Assembly (NCBI RefSeq): GCF_018350175.1 | Contig: NC_058368.1 | Location: forward strand, 54,624,001 to 54,688,000 | Source: Felis catus | Lineage: Eukaryota | Reading direction: 5' to 3' | Length of the DNA: 64,000 bases | Shown: piece after piece, positions 1 through 12,231 of the stretch | How the letters are laid out: each line of letters starts with the position of its first letter | How positions within the stretch are numbered: position 1 is the first letter of the stretch | Position numbers and translations under genes: made by a program | The notes under the pieces: generated by a model | The model's input: only the letters and a program-made list of their open reading frames with translations | Told to the model about the DNA's origin: nothing | Databases searched by the model: none

Positions 1-1290
1 GGAAAGTATTGGTCTAGGGATCTTAGGAACTAGGCTTTTAATACAGCAGAACCTAAAGATGGGAAAAGTCAAGTAAGGGATAGATAAGGGAAAAAAGCCT
101 ACTTCTACATCTTAATAACTAGACCTAGATATTGTAGTTATTGAGGACACAGCCCTATGCATTAGCAGTGGATTCAGTGCATATGCTATCGAGTATGGAG
201 AACGAGTCTCTGACCTCCAGGGTATTGCCTATGAATTGATACCTCAGTTGAATTTTGCAACAGGGTATATACCATACTCTATTAAGCTGACTGCTTCCAG
301 CTAACAAAATAAGATCATTTAACTTTGTATTCACATGCCCATTAAAATTTTTTTTCATAGGTAGATTCTTTCCTTGGTCTGAGAAATATCTCTAAGATCT
401 CATGTTGATCAATTAGTCATTCTGTAAGTCTTTAGACAGCCATGAGGACAGATGCACTGCAGCAATGCAGCTAGTGAGGGTAAACCTACACTAGGGATGT
501 TCATTCAGATGAGGTCAAATTACTGAGTCTTCCAACATGATGGTATTACCCGATACCAAGTGACCTCTTGAGGAATGGAGCTGTACTGAGGGCTAAGTTT
601 CTGTCTCCGCTAAAGGCTTGCTGGGAATTCAGCAATGGCATTAGCTAGATCATGCTTAGTAAGAGGCATCTCATGCTGTTGGGACAAGACATGAGTTCCA
701 TCCCTCCACCAAAATCTTTCCTTTCATGACTCCTAGAGGCTAAAAGGAGGGCCTGGCTGACGTCTACAGAATGAGTCATGCCTCCTGTGTTGTGGGTATT
801 TTATAGTAGGCATTAATGTGAAACTCAAACATTTACATATATAGTGATCACTTTTTGTCAGCCCAACCACCAATCTCTTTATTAAACTTCCTAGTTTCCA
901 TTGTTCCAATCTTGTTCTTTACACGCCCATGAAAATTCAGCCAATCCATTCATTACTGGGAGCAGTTGCTGTATAACCACAACTTACATACAAGTGAATG
1001 GTCAAGTACACTATTCATAACTTTGCTCACAGAAAGGATTGCCTTTACAAATGTACTTCAGGGCCATGCTTTAATTGAATGTAATGTGGGCTGACAGCTC
1101 AGAGCCTGGAGCCAGCTTCAGATTCTGTGTCTCCCTCTCTCTCTGCCCCTCCCCAACTTGCACATTTGCATGCTCTCTCTCTCTCTGTCTCTCAATCTCA
1201 AAAATAAATAAACATTAAAAAAAATCTCACTTTGTGCTATAAGCCACATGCGAGCCTTGATTGAAGATATTGTGTTCAGTCTGAAGAATA
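1..1290 (-). mobile_element. Decayed ERVL-class (ERVL/MaLR-related) internal sequence: pol RNase H and integrase, runs off the window start; interrupted by a CAN-SINE at ~1086-1225
   Basis: Frameshifted minus-strand translations resemble recalled ERVL pol: NGLAEFSWACKEQDWNNG (cf. NGLAGWSGTWKEHDWKIG), QQHEMPLTKHDLANAIAE...LSPQYSSIP (cf. QQHGLPLTKADLATATAE...LSPRYGTIP), KIQLRYQFIGNTL (cf. KSQLQCQLGDNTL). Many stops. Confidence 0.8.
1086..1225 (+). mobile_element. CAN-SINE, 5'-truncated
   Basis: gctgacagctcagagcctggagcc...gattctgtgtctccctctctc, (CT)n, aaataaataaacattaaaaaaaa; tRNA-like head missing. Confidence 0.9.
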
Positions 1291-2034
1291 TTTAAGGTTT
1301 CCAATTAAATGTATACTTGTCAGAAAAAGATAATAAAATAAAATATCATGAAAGTTCCTATAAAATTTAGTGTAGTTCTGTTGGCATAATTCTATAAAAA
1401 TTTAATTTTTATAGACCAATTATTTCAAAAGATTTAAAAATGCAATATAAAAAACAAAAGAAAAAAGGCAATAGGCATAATTTATTTTTTGTGAATAATT
1501 TTAAAAGGCATTAAATACAATATTATCTGAAGTGTTATCATTACAGTGAGAGCTACCTTTATTTAGATTTGGGAAGGAAAATTCAAACGTGCTAATTTGT
1601 GTTGTTTCCAATTTGTATATTACCAATACGGTTTTCAAAGAACATGCATGTACAAATTTTTGAGTGGTAATGTTTCATTTCTTTGAGACCAAATATGCTT
1701 CTGTTCTTTTCCCCATTGTTTTTTTTTATTTGTTTGATTTTCAACTGTAATAAATTCTATACACTTATATTCAAGTTCAATGAGTTTTTCCTCTGCTATG
1801 TTCAGTATATACGTATATATACACACATATGTATTTATTTATATACTAATATGTATTATATACATTAAATATATATTATATTTGCATTTCCATTTGTCTA
1901 ATTTTATATTTTCCATCTCTGTGCTATTCCATATCTGTTCATGCATATTCTATACCTTTTCCACTGATCCTTTATAATGTTAAAAGTTACTTAAAAATAT
2001 TTTTCCTAATAATTCCAACATCTAGACCCATTTT

Positions 2035-2295
2035 GGGTTTTTTTGTTTATTGTTGTTTTTGTAACGTTTATTTATTTTTCAGAGAGAGAGAGAGAGAGAG
2101 AGTGTGTGTGTGTGTATGTATGTGTGTGCAGGCACATGTGAGTGGGGAAGGGGTAGAGAGAAGGGGGGACAGAGGATCCCAGGTAGGCTCTGTGCTGACA
2201 ACTGAAAGCCCAGTGCAGGGCTTGGACTCATGAACCATGAGGTCATGACCTGAGCCAAAGTTGGATGCTTAACCAACTAAAGCACCCAGGCACCC
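2035..2295 (-). mobile_element. CAN-SINE
   Basis: T-rich tail, (GA)n, body ending cacccaggcacccc; degenerate TSD tagacccatttt/tatacccacttt. Confidence 0.93.
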
Positions 2296-2566
2296 CTCTA
2301 TACCCACTTTATATCTTGTTCTGCTGATAGTCTTATCTATCGTATGTGGGTGATTTATTTTTGGTGTGTGTGTGTGCAGTTTTTTTTGGTTTGTTTTGAT
2401 TTTTCCATGCTGGATATTTTGTGTGTATGAACAAAAGAGATTCAGTTACATAATCTTTATGTTTATGGGCATTCTTCTTCTTTTACTTTGTTAAAGGTTA
2501 TGTCAAAAGAACTTATGTGCCATATTGAAGAGGCTGCCACTATCCAAAAATGATTCAATTTGAGGG

Positions 2567-2592
2567 TTTTTTTCTTAGGTTTATTTATTTAT

Positions 2593-2645
<53 letters not shown>

Positions 2646-2765
2646 CCCAAGCAGCTTCTGCACTGTCAGTGCAGAGCCCAATGCAGGGCTTGAACTCACA
2701 AATCATGAGATCATGACCTGAGCTAAAGTCAGATGCTTAACTGACTGAGCCACCCAGGTGCCCCA
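2567..2765 (-). mobile_element. CAN-SINE
   Basis: (GA)n, gagatcatgacctgagc, gccacccaggtgcccc; TSD caatttgag on both sides. Confidence 0.95.
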
Positions 2766-2799
2766 CAATTTGAGTTTTAAATGAGATAATAAATAAGAT

Positions 2800-3900
2800 T
2801 GATTTAAACTTACCAAATATGTTTAAATTCATAATTTGGTAATAATAATATAAAGAATACCCAATTACTCAACTCAAGGAGATGACAGGGAAGAAAATAA
2901 TTATCTTCAAAATGAATATAAAAATAAATGAGACATTAGTTTTGCCCTTTCAAATGAGCTATATTACTATGAAAACAAACAGTAATTGAGGCATGATTTT
3001 ATCTATTTGACACACTATGCACCAATTGATTTAGGCACTGATGATCAATAGCTGATAAAAACACAGAAATGATCTCTTGATATGAAACACAACACAACAC
3101 AACAAAACTAAACTAAATACATCACTATGTATCGTCTTACCAAAGGATTGAACACGACTCTAATGAAAACTCTGGATCCAAATGCCAATTTGCAAGAAAT
3201 ATGGGTGACAGGGAACATACTGAACTGTTCATGAGTATGCAATCAGCAAAATGCAGACTGCAGGAAACTCTAAATACAAAATGCCTCAAGTTTTTCAACA
3301 GGAAAATTATAAGAAAATGAAAAGTATAGAAGAGAAACTTGTTGATTAAACAAGACTTAAAGTCACATTACTTAAAATCAAATGGATAGGAAGGACTAAA
3401 CTGTGGGTTGGAACACAAACTTGAGTGATAAAACCATTAAGATATGAAAACAAAGTGGTTAATATAAGAGTCAGGAGAGGGACACTTGGGTGGCTCAGTC
3501 GGTTAAGCGCCCAACTCTTGATTTCAGCTCAGGTCATGATCTCACAGTCTGTGAAATCCAGCTCCGTGTCAGGCTCTGCACTGACAGAGCTTGGGATTCT
3601 CTCTATCCCCACCCCCCTCTCTCTGGCCCTCCCCCACTCACACTGTCTAAATAAATAAACTTGAAAATAATAATAATTAAAACAAGCAAAAAAATGAGTC
3701 AGGAGAATGGCTATTCTTGAGGGGAAAGACAAAGTTTTGAGATTGAATCTGAATCTATGAGAGGCTTCCAGAGTTCTGGCTTAATTATTTTTCCTGACTT
3801 TTGTGGTATTTACTTTATTAAACCTTATAATAATTCATGAAGCTATGTTTATTTTTATAGTTTATTTATCTGTGTTTTATTGTACATTTTAAAAGTCTTA
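2800..3900 (+). mobile_element. Old L1 (L1ME/L1MD-like) 3' UTR fragment, interrupted by a SINE
   Basis: Recalled L1M 3'UTR motifs such as gcaatcagcaaaatgcagactg...ggaaactcta and gattaaacaagacttaaagtcacat; boundaries approximate. Confidence 0.55.
3479..3693 (+). mobile_element. CAN-SINE
   Basis: gggtggctcagtcggttaagcg head, ctcaggtcatgatctc, A-rich tail; TSD gagtcaggaga. Confidence 0.95.
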
Positions 3901-4959
3901 AAAAAGTTAGATTATATTAAATATTTAGCTTTGATAATTCAGAAGGTGACTCTGAAACTCTACTGAGATAGTAGTATAGAATAAGAGCATATTTTTCTTT
4001 ATGTGAGGAGAATCACAGAATATTAATATGATCCTTTTTTGCTGACAGTTTCCAAGAGTCATCTATTGATGACTTGGTAGATCCTATTACCTAATTATTT
4101 TGAATAGTACATATCAAATTTTATTTTATTTATGGATGATTATCATTTTAAATGTTTGGATTTCATCTGAAGCAAGTTTTTTTTCTCTTTTTTTAACTAT
4201 AAAATGAATAGGCCAATTCTACAAACTACACGTTTCAAACTTGCTTTGAGGTAAATTGACTTTCACTGGATTAGCTGCTGTTCACAAGGTCACCAATACA
4301 AACATGTCCATTTGTATGGAGACCTTCTTTAAAAGGCAACAGGAGTTCACTATAAGCTGTCAAGCGTTTTCTTGTTCTCTGACATAAATTCACTCAGTAT
4401 AGTGATGAGTGGCTTTTTCATGTACCTTCCTTTATTTTCTTGCCTGAAGTCATGCATTGTATAATGGTTCAATTGAAATGTGCTTTGCTGAACACAGACA
4501 ACAGCAAAAGTTAGAGACACATTGAAATCTATGTATCATTATATAGTCAAAATATGTGTAGTTTTATTAAGTAACCAGCATACTGCCAGAGCAGAGAAAT
4601 ACTTTAAGCATTATATCTTTTACTTTTATTCAGAATAAGCAATAATAGATTTAAAATGTTTGAAAGGAACTAAGCTCCGCATGGAAGTGACTTGAGAATG
4701 CACAGTGCCCTTTTCTCTTGCTGTGTATGCAGGAAGGTGAGTAGAGTGCAGGTTGGGTTCTAATATATTTATGGCACTGAATATAAAGGTCAGTAACTTG
4801 GAAAGAAAAAGACATCAACAGTTAGACACTGTATTCCAACACCTAGAATCATAGCCAAAGAATTTCATGAGAGAGAAAGAGAAAATGAACTATAGGTGCA
4901 TTTTATTTGAAAATTACTTATTGTCTCTATAATAAAAAGAAGATCAGTATGTACACATT

Positions 4960-5317
4960 CTGACAAATACTGTATGATCTCACTTATATGTGGAATCTAA
5001 AATCAAACTAAAAAAAACACAGTAAATTGGTAGTTGCCAGGGGGTGGGGGAAATAGGAAAAGATAGTCAAAGGATACACATTTAGTTATAACATGAGTAA
5101 GTTCTGGGATCTAATGTACAGTATACTAACTGGAGTTAACAATACCGCATTCTAGGGGCGCCTGGGTGGCTCAGTCAGTTGAGCAACCAACTATTGGTTT
5201 AGGCTTGGATCATGATCTCAAGGTTTGGGTGTTCATGCCCTATGTCGGGCTTCCTGCCGACAGTGTGGGACCTACTTGGGATTCTCTTCCCTGCTCTCTT
5301 TGCCCCTCCCCTACTCG

Positions 5318-5365
<48 letters not shown>

Positions 5366-5608
5366 GTCTCAGAATAAACTTAAAACAAATAAAAACAATA
5401 CTGTATTATATACTTGAAATTTGCTAAGAGAGCAGATCTAAAAAATTCTCACCACACACACAAAAATGGCAACTATGTAAGGTGATGACTATGTTGTCTA
5501 AGTTTATTGGGGTAAGTATTTTGCAGTATGTACGGCTATCAAATTATGCACACCCTAAACTTACATAGTGTTATGTGTTAATCAAATCTCAATAAAGCTG
5601 AAAAATAA
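4960..5608 (+). mobile_element. L1MA-type 3' end, interrupted by a CAN-SINE
   Basis: gacaaatactgtatgatctcacttatatgtggaatctaaa ... gtaagttctgggatctaatgtacag ... atctcaataaagctgaaaaa. Confidence 0.85.
5155..5393 (+). mobile_element. CAN-SINE nested in L1 3' end
   Basis: ggggcgcctgggtggctcagtc head, long (CT)n; TSD aacaataccgcattcta/aacaatactgtattata. Confidence 0.95.
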
Positions 5609-7829
5609 GTGTGCATATTTTACTTTTTTTGCTGCCATGTATGCATGTGTGCATTTATTTTCTGTATGTTATCTTTTTATCATTATTTCTTGTATTATCT
5701 ACGTTAACAAACTTAGTGGGAAATCTCACTGTCTGTGGAATTTTGCAATAGTTATTTACTATGTTATCATAATTTTATATTCTACATATAAAGAATTCAT
5801 TCTTGTTTAATCCCCCCCCCCCGCTCCGCCATTTAGGTGTCAGACTCTCTGTTTTCCTCTAGATGGCAGAGTAGTACTCCAAATGTTAAAGATACTCTAT
5901 GTGATAAACATTTAAAACATTTATACTGTATTTGCTAGCTGTTTGAAAATACACTTTCTCCCTTCTACAGCTAAAACAAAATAGAGTATATTTATGTGGT
6001 ATATTTTTAAACTGGTGAATACAATACAATAAAAAGCAAGTAAATATGATATTAAACAAATGCTAAAACTCATACATACCTGACAGTGCTTGTAGTAATG
6101 TATCTGGCATGTTTGCATTTACCAAAAGACCTGGAAACCATTCATGTGTCTTTTAATATTCTGTATCTTCCATCTATATATTCTATCTACACTCTGGGGA
6201 GTATATTGTCTGCCATCAAGTTTTACAGCCTTTATTACTTGCATTACAGTCCCTGATGGGACGACTCTAAGAAACCCTTCCCTAGTGGTTGTTCCTATTT
6301 TCTTTGAGAATTTCCCACCAAGATTTCAGGAAAATAATGTCTCAGAGTAGTTCTCAATGAGTCCAAGATGGAATTTTTGCAAAAACCATGGGTAAGCTCT
6401 TCCAAATGTCCAGAGTTTTCTTTCTCTGAGTTTCTCTGGCACTAAAGTGAAGGAGTGTGCTACCTGTATATCTCCTCTGCAAACACACAGGGCAGGTGTA
6501 ATTCTGCATTTAGAGACCTAGAAACTGAGGGGGTCTTTCATTGTTTTTCCAGGTACAGTTTGATAGCCTTAGGGATATTTGTATAGAATCTCTAGCCTCC
6601 AAATAGTCCTCTTTTACATTTTGCTATCAGTGTCAAATGTGATTTTGATTTATACGTGGAACTTTTGTATCTTTCCTGCTTTCTTATATAGAGCCATAAA
6701 GATGCATAAAATATGATAGTTATGATGATATATGTAGTGAATGAGACAGTAATACAAAAGTTAATGACAAAAAATAATAGCAGACCTTTCCTATAATGAT
6801 AAATGTTTGAGATCTATAAAAAATAGATTTAGTAACAAGGGAAACTACTTTTCCCTTTTAATTCATGAGCCAAATATGTATTTTCAGTTGTTTACTACCT
6901 GGAAAATGTAAGTAAAGTAAGGATAATAATTATGATTGTGAGGGGAATAAGTGAAAATTTCCCTGATACTTGAATAAAGTCATTTGGAAGAAAGCAGGCA
7001 TTACAGAGACAATTGCCCCAAATGGAAAACTTTTGGCCTAAATATTACAGGCCAAATAATTCAACAAAATATAATTTGACATGAAAACCAACTATTCATC
7101 CTCTTTTTTTTGTAGCAATATGAAGGTGCATTGCAAGACTAATTAATTCTTATTCCAGTATTATTGCTTGTAGTAGACTGAATTGGCCTTACTGAATGCA
7201 ACATGAAGACATTATTTTCCCAAACATGCCATATGGTGTATACACTGGCCTGGTCAAATTTTAATAAAAATAAGAGTATTCTGAAGATATGATTTCATGA
7301 AATAAGAATGTTTTTGTTTCAAACAATCAGATATTAAGAATTTAGTGTTTGATTTTTAAGAAAAATCTTTGATTCTCATCTTTATATATGCAAGCATGAA
7401 AGTGATATATTTATCTTATTTATAGTTATATATTTCATTTCCAATATTTTTTTCAAATCACATAATATATTGTACAATCTATATTTTGAGCTATGTTCTT
7501 CAAAGGTAATCAATACACATTAACTATTTATCAAGAACTTTCATATGGTCTATCAGTTTAGTGTCCTTAAGGATCCTGAAATGAATATATACCTATTTTA
7601 TTTTGCTAAATATGAAGAATGAAATTCAGAAAAATTAAATCACTTGCTCAAGACAGCAGGTAAATAAAATAACTAGAATGTGCCTCCTATAACTTCAGCA
7701 TGACAATATAATCAGCTTTTTATTATTCATTATGGCCACGATCTAACATTCTGACATTGAGTATATCTCCTTTAGGCTGCAATATTTTAAGTCATGGTAT
7801 ATCTTCCACATTATCTAGATCTGATGAAA

Positions 7830-8140
7830 TCAGTAGACCTTCCAAATTAAGCAGCTCCAAGGTTTTCCTGTGTTTGCTATTTTTCTTAGGACTGCTGCTT
7901 CTCCATTCTCTTGTCTTATTAGTTGGTTATTGACTGTGAAAAAAAAGAATGCTGCTATGTCTTTGAGATAGAACCGAAAAGCTCCTTTGGAGATTGTGAA
8001 CTTCACATCTCTGGAGGAAACGTCGAGAAAATTAAAATCTTCATGGTTCGTGAGTACCTTGACCTTTCTGTTAGCTTTTCTAACTGGCTAAGTTGTTCCT
8101 AATCTGTATTCTGACACTACTTATGATGGCATTTATGACT
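7830..8140 (-). mobile_element. Probable CR1/L3-like LINE endonuclease relic
   Basis: Minus-strand frame 8087-7830 reads VLTNHEDFNFLDVSSRDVKFTISKGAFRFYLKDIAAFFFFTVNNQLIRQENGEAAVL, resembling the APE motif GDFNxPD...RFLxxI..FLxQxVxxPTR..GxAxLD. Confidence 0.45.
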
Positions 8141-8435
8141 TTCCTCTGGAATCTTCACATATCACTTAATTTTATTTATTAGAAATGCATGTAAACTCTT
8201 GTGTATTACATTCATTTACTTGTTATAAACCCTCTTCTTCAATAGGCTTTAAAAAAGCAGGATTCCTCCTGACCTGTAGTTTTTATAGAGTCTTTTATAG
8301 AGTCATATTACCAATGATTCTTAGGAAGCTTTCAAAACTGAATTGTTCTCAAAGTTATTTTAATTTAAATTCATTTAAACAGTGGACACTTTTACTCTTT
8401 AAATTGTTCAAGTTTCATATAAATTACTATCCATT

Positions 8436-8652
8436 TTTTTAATTTTTATTTATTTATCTTTTAAGTTTATTTATCTTGAGAGAGAGTGTGCACAAGTGGG
8501 GGGAGGGCAGAGAGAGGGGAGGGAGAATCCCAATCAGGCTCTACACTCTAGCACAGAGGTTGATGCAGGGCTAGAACTCACAAACTATGAGACCATGACT
8601 GAACCAAAATCAAGAGTAAGACGCTTAACCAAGAGAGCCACCCAGGCACCCC
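8436..8652 (-). mobile_element. CAN-SINE
   Basis: tttatttat tail, body ending gccacccaggcacccc; TSD aattactatccatt/aattgctattcatt. Confidence 0.93.
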
Positions 8653-8970
8653 GAATTGCTATTCATTGTTTAACCCTCAGTTTTCAAAGCAGTGAAATAA
8701 AGGAGCTGAATTACTTGATTTGTAAGGATTCTTCCAGCTTTAAAATTCTATGTATTTCATAATTCAATGATTTTCACTTACTTCATAATTAAGCAAGACA
8801 AATACTCAGTGAAACTCTTTTTAAGTCCCTATCTATTTATGTATCTATGTATCTGATTTCACTGAAAGTTTAAATGTTTGTTAATTCATAAACACACAAA
8901 CACACATACAGATATGTACAATTACAATGAATTTTACAATTTCTTAGTACAACATAATAGCTTCAATATT

Positions 8971-9191
8971 ATTTTTTTTATTTTTAATGTTTTTATTTAT
9001 TTTTGAGAGAGAGGGAGAGACAGAGCACAAGTCAGGGAGGGGCAGAGAGAGAGGGAGACAAAGAATCAAAAGCAGGCTCCAGGCTCTGAGCTGTCAGCAC
9101 AGAGCCCAAAATGGGGCTCGAACTCATGAACTGTAAGATCATGACTTGAACCATAGTCGGATGCTTAACCAACTGAGTCACCCAGGTGCCC
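8971..9191 (-). mobile_element. CAN-SINE
   Basis: Full body; TSD cttcaatatt on both sides. Confidence 0.95.
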
Positions 9192-9308
9192 CTTCAATAT
9201 TCTTATTGTATTTATAAAGCATTAATTATGTACACTTAGAGGCAATATAACTCTATTCTGCTCTTTGTTTACTGATTTTGGGACTTTAAAATAAAATGTA
9301 GGCTTATT

Positions 9309-9522
9309 TTTTTTTTTTGTAATGTTTATTTTTTCTTGAGAGACAGACAGAGGCAGAGCACAAGCAAGGGAGGGGCAGAGAGAGAGGTAAACACAGAATC
9401 TGAAGCAGGCTCCAGTCTCTGAGCTGTCAGCACAGAGCCTGATGCGGGACTCCAACCCACAGATTTTGAGATCATGACCTGACCTGAGGTCGGACGCTCA
9501 GTTGATCTACCCAGGCACCCCC
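9309..9522 (-). mobile_element. CAN-SINE
   Basis: Full body; TSD aggcttatt on both sides. Confidence 0.95.
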
Positions 9523-10866
9523 AGGCTTATTCTTTACTTTGACAATATTGTTTACATTAACACTTATAAGGAGATAAAACTTTCACATGTGTGGTTATTA
9601 CTTTTCTCTCCTTTCTCCTGAAGTGCTGAAATTGATTTTCATTTTCTGTCTTATGTGAAAAGCAACATTTGGGGACCAGCTTCTTTGTCACGAGAAAATC
9701 ATCTCCCTTTTTAAAGCCCTAGACACTGATCATGCTATATTTCCCAGAAAGAGGATCTCTAAATTGTCAGAAAACTTTCCTGGTGGCCTACTTGCCTGCC
9801 TACCTTGGTGCAAAAATCTCTCCCAGGATTCATAGTGGTGTTCAGAGGTCCAGGAATTAGAAAAATGAGTGAAAGACAATAGGGATTACTGTCTCCTTGT
9901 AAATATCATGAACAATATCAAAATAAGGGGTAATACATTTTAATTGTATTTCTGTATTAATAGATAAGAGAGAAAAAATAGATATACAGATGGACACATG
10001 TACATAAAGTAGTATGATTTATTTTCTGGCAGAGAATAGAAATGCTACACTTTGCTGGAAGTTTTTTTATTTATAATATGCCTCATGTCTAATTCAACTA
10101 GTTCATATTTATTGAGTACAGTGTATGTTTAGCTTTGTAATAAGACATACACTTAGAAAACACCCTGAAGTATATGTTTCAGTGCTACAATATATAAGAG
10201 AGAGAGAGAGAGAGAGAGTTCTATAGGAATCAGAGAAGGTCAGGACTACTGTGGTCTGTAATGGTTGGGAAAGAACTGTGATGTCCAGGGATGGGTTTAT
10301 CTTATTCCATGCCATGTGTCCAGTGCCTAGGACAGTGCTTAGAATCTAACAGCTGCTCCGAGCATAATTACCTCACTAAAAAGTGGGACTTAACCAAGGT
10401 CTTTCATATAGAAAATGTTACCTCTGAAAACGTTTACATGTTCTAAAATACATGCCAATCATTATAAACACATATTAGACACTATTTAGAGTTTCTTTTC
10501 AGTAGTTTTCATCTATTAAAAATGTTTTGAATTTATTATTCTTTATTAGAGTTTTTGTTTTGTTTTTCAATAGAGTGAAGTACCTAGCATTAGAGAAAGA
10601 TTGAGAGATACATTTATTGCAGTTTTTAATTTTTTTTTTTAGTTTGTAAGCATGTCATTTTACAGAAACCCATTTTAAGTACAGGATCCATGTGGAAAAA
10701 AAATGTGCCAAGCAAAATTTAAGCTCTACAAGTTTATGAAATTTACAGGTACTTTACCCAATGGGAAGTACTGAACAAGCTTATGAAGTGCACCAATGAA
10801 ATACACTTTTAGTCCATAACATGTGACAAATGCTATACACAGTGCTTTACAAACAGTACCTCACTG

Positions 10867-11078
10867 GGGTGCCTGGGTTGCTCAGTAGGTTGACTGTCTG
10901 ACTCCAGCTCAGGTCATGATCTCATGGTTCGTGAGTTCAAGCCCCGCATTGGGCTAGTTGCTGACAGCTTGGAGCCTGGTGCCTGCTTCATATTCTGTGT
11001 CTCCCTCTCTGTCTGCCCCTCCTCTGCTTGCACACTCTCTCTCTCTCAACAAGAAAATAAAACATTAAAAATTTTTTT
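10867..11078 (+). mobile_element. CAN-SINE (inserted in a MIR relic)
   Basis: ggggtgcctgggttgctcag head; TSD tacctca; MIR-like ggatgaggaaatcaaaactta downstream. Confidence 0.93.
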
Positions 11079-11913
11079 AAATTACCTCATTTATTTCTCA
11101 TAATTATATTGGATATTAATTTTCTCCATTTCAAGGATGAGGAAATCAAAACTTAAAGATAGACATTTCCCCGAATTTTACAAAGGTGAAAGTGGCAGGT
11201 TGTCTAATTCCAAAGCATATTCTTTTAGAAGTGTCACAATAACTTCCCCAAATATGTCAAAGTTAATAAAACATAATGAACACAATTAATGGGTAGTAAA
11301 AAGCATTCCTTTTTGACTAATATAAACATCCTTTCATAAAACTTCAAGCATCCTAGATCTTCACCCAGTCTCAATCTTTCATCAAATATTCAATAACCTT
11401 AAGTTATTTTAAATCAGAAATAGATTTAACTCTAGAGAAAAATGAGAAAAGATTTTAGCATGTTCCTGTAACTCCTATGAATATAATGAATACTTAAGAA
11501 ATACTACTTTCTAAGTACTCCAGGCTTTGGGTTATCATTTGACACTTGAGCCAAAAACTAAAACGGCTACGTTTGATGGTGTTTTATTGGTATATAAGAA
11601 AGTTGAGATTCATAGATGAAAACTTTAAGGTAGTGTTGCCTAAAATGTCTGATCATAAAAAACATACAACCGTTTGCTAAAATATAAATTTCCAGGCCTT
11701 CACTTTGACGTACTAATCATTAAGTCTGGTATGGATCTCAGAACTCTAAAATATTAAAAGAAAATCAGGATATTCTAAAACACTACCTAAGACATATTAA
11801 GTCTAAGGGGAAAAAAATGAATGAATTCAATAAAGATTCAAGTCTTAAGGAATAAATTTGAAGCAGAGGAAGAAAGACAGTAATATTAAAGTTTATAAAG
11901 AGTAAGAAAACAT

Positions 11914-12133
11914 GGGCGCCTGGGTGGCTCAGTCGGTTAGGCGGCCGACTTCGGCTCAGGTCATGATCTCACGGTCGGTGAGTTCGAGCCCTGCGTCGGT
12001 TTCTGTGCTGACAGCTCAGAGCCTGGAGCCTGTTACAGATTCTGTGTCTCCCTCTCTCTCTCTGACCCTCCCCCGTTCATGCTCTGTCTCTCTCTGTCTC
12101 AAAAATAAATAAACGTTAAAAAAATTTTTTTAA
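11914..12133 (+). mobile_element. Young CAN-SINE
   Basis: CpGs intact; perfect 16-bp TSD aaagagtaagaaaaca at 11897-11912 and 12134-12149. Confidence 0.97.
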
Positions 12134-12231
12134 AAAGAGTAAGAAAACAGACATAAATTCTTAGTGTATATTTAAGCATGTATTTAAAACTTTAACAAAA
12201 AGAAAGCAGAAATAAACATTTATAAATATAT

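Noticed and set aside
11914..11990. tRNA-like A/B boxes (tggctcagtcggtt, gagttcgagcc) here and in other SINE heads
   Set aside because: These are the tRNA-derived heads of CAN-SINEs, continuing into SINE body, (CT)n and poly-A; not tRNA genes.
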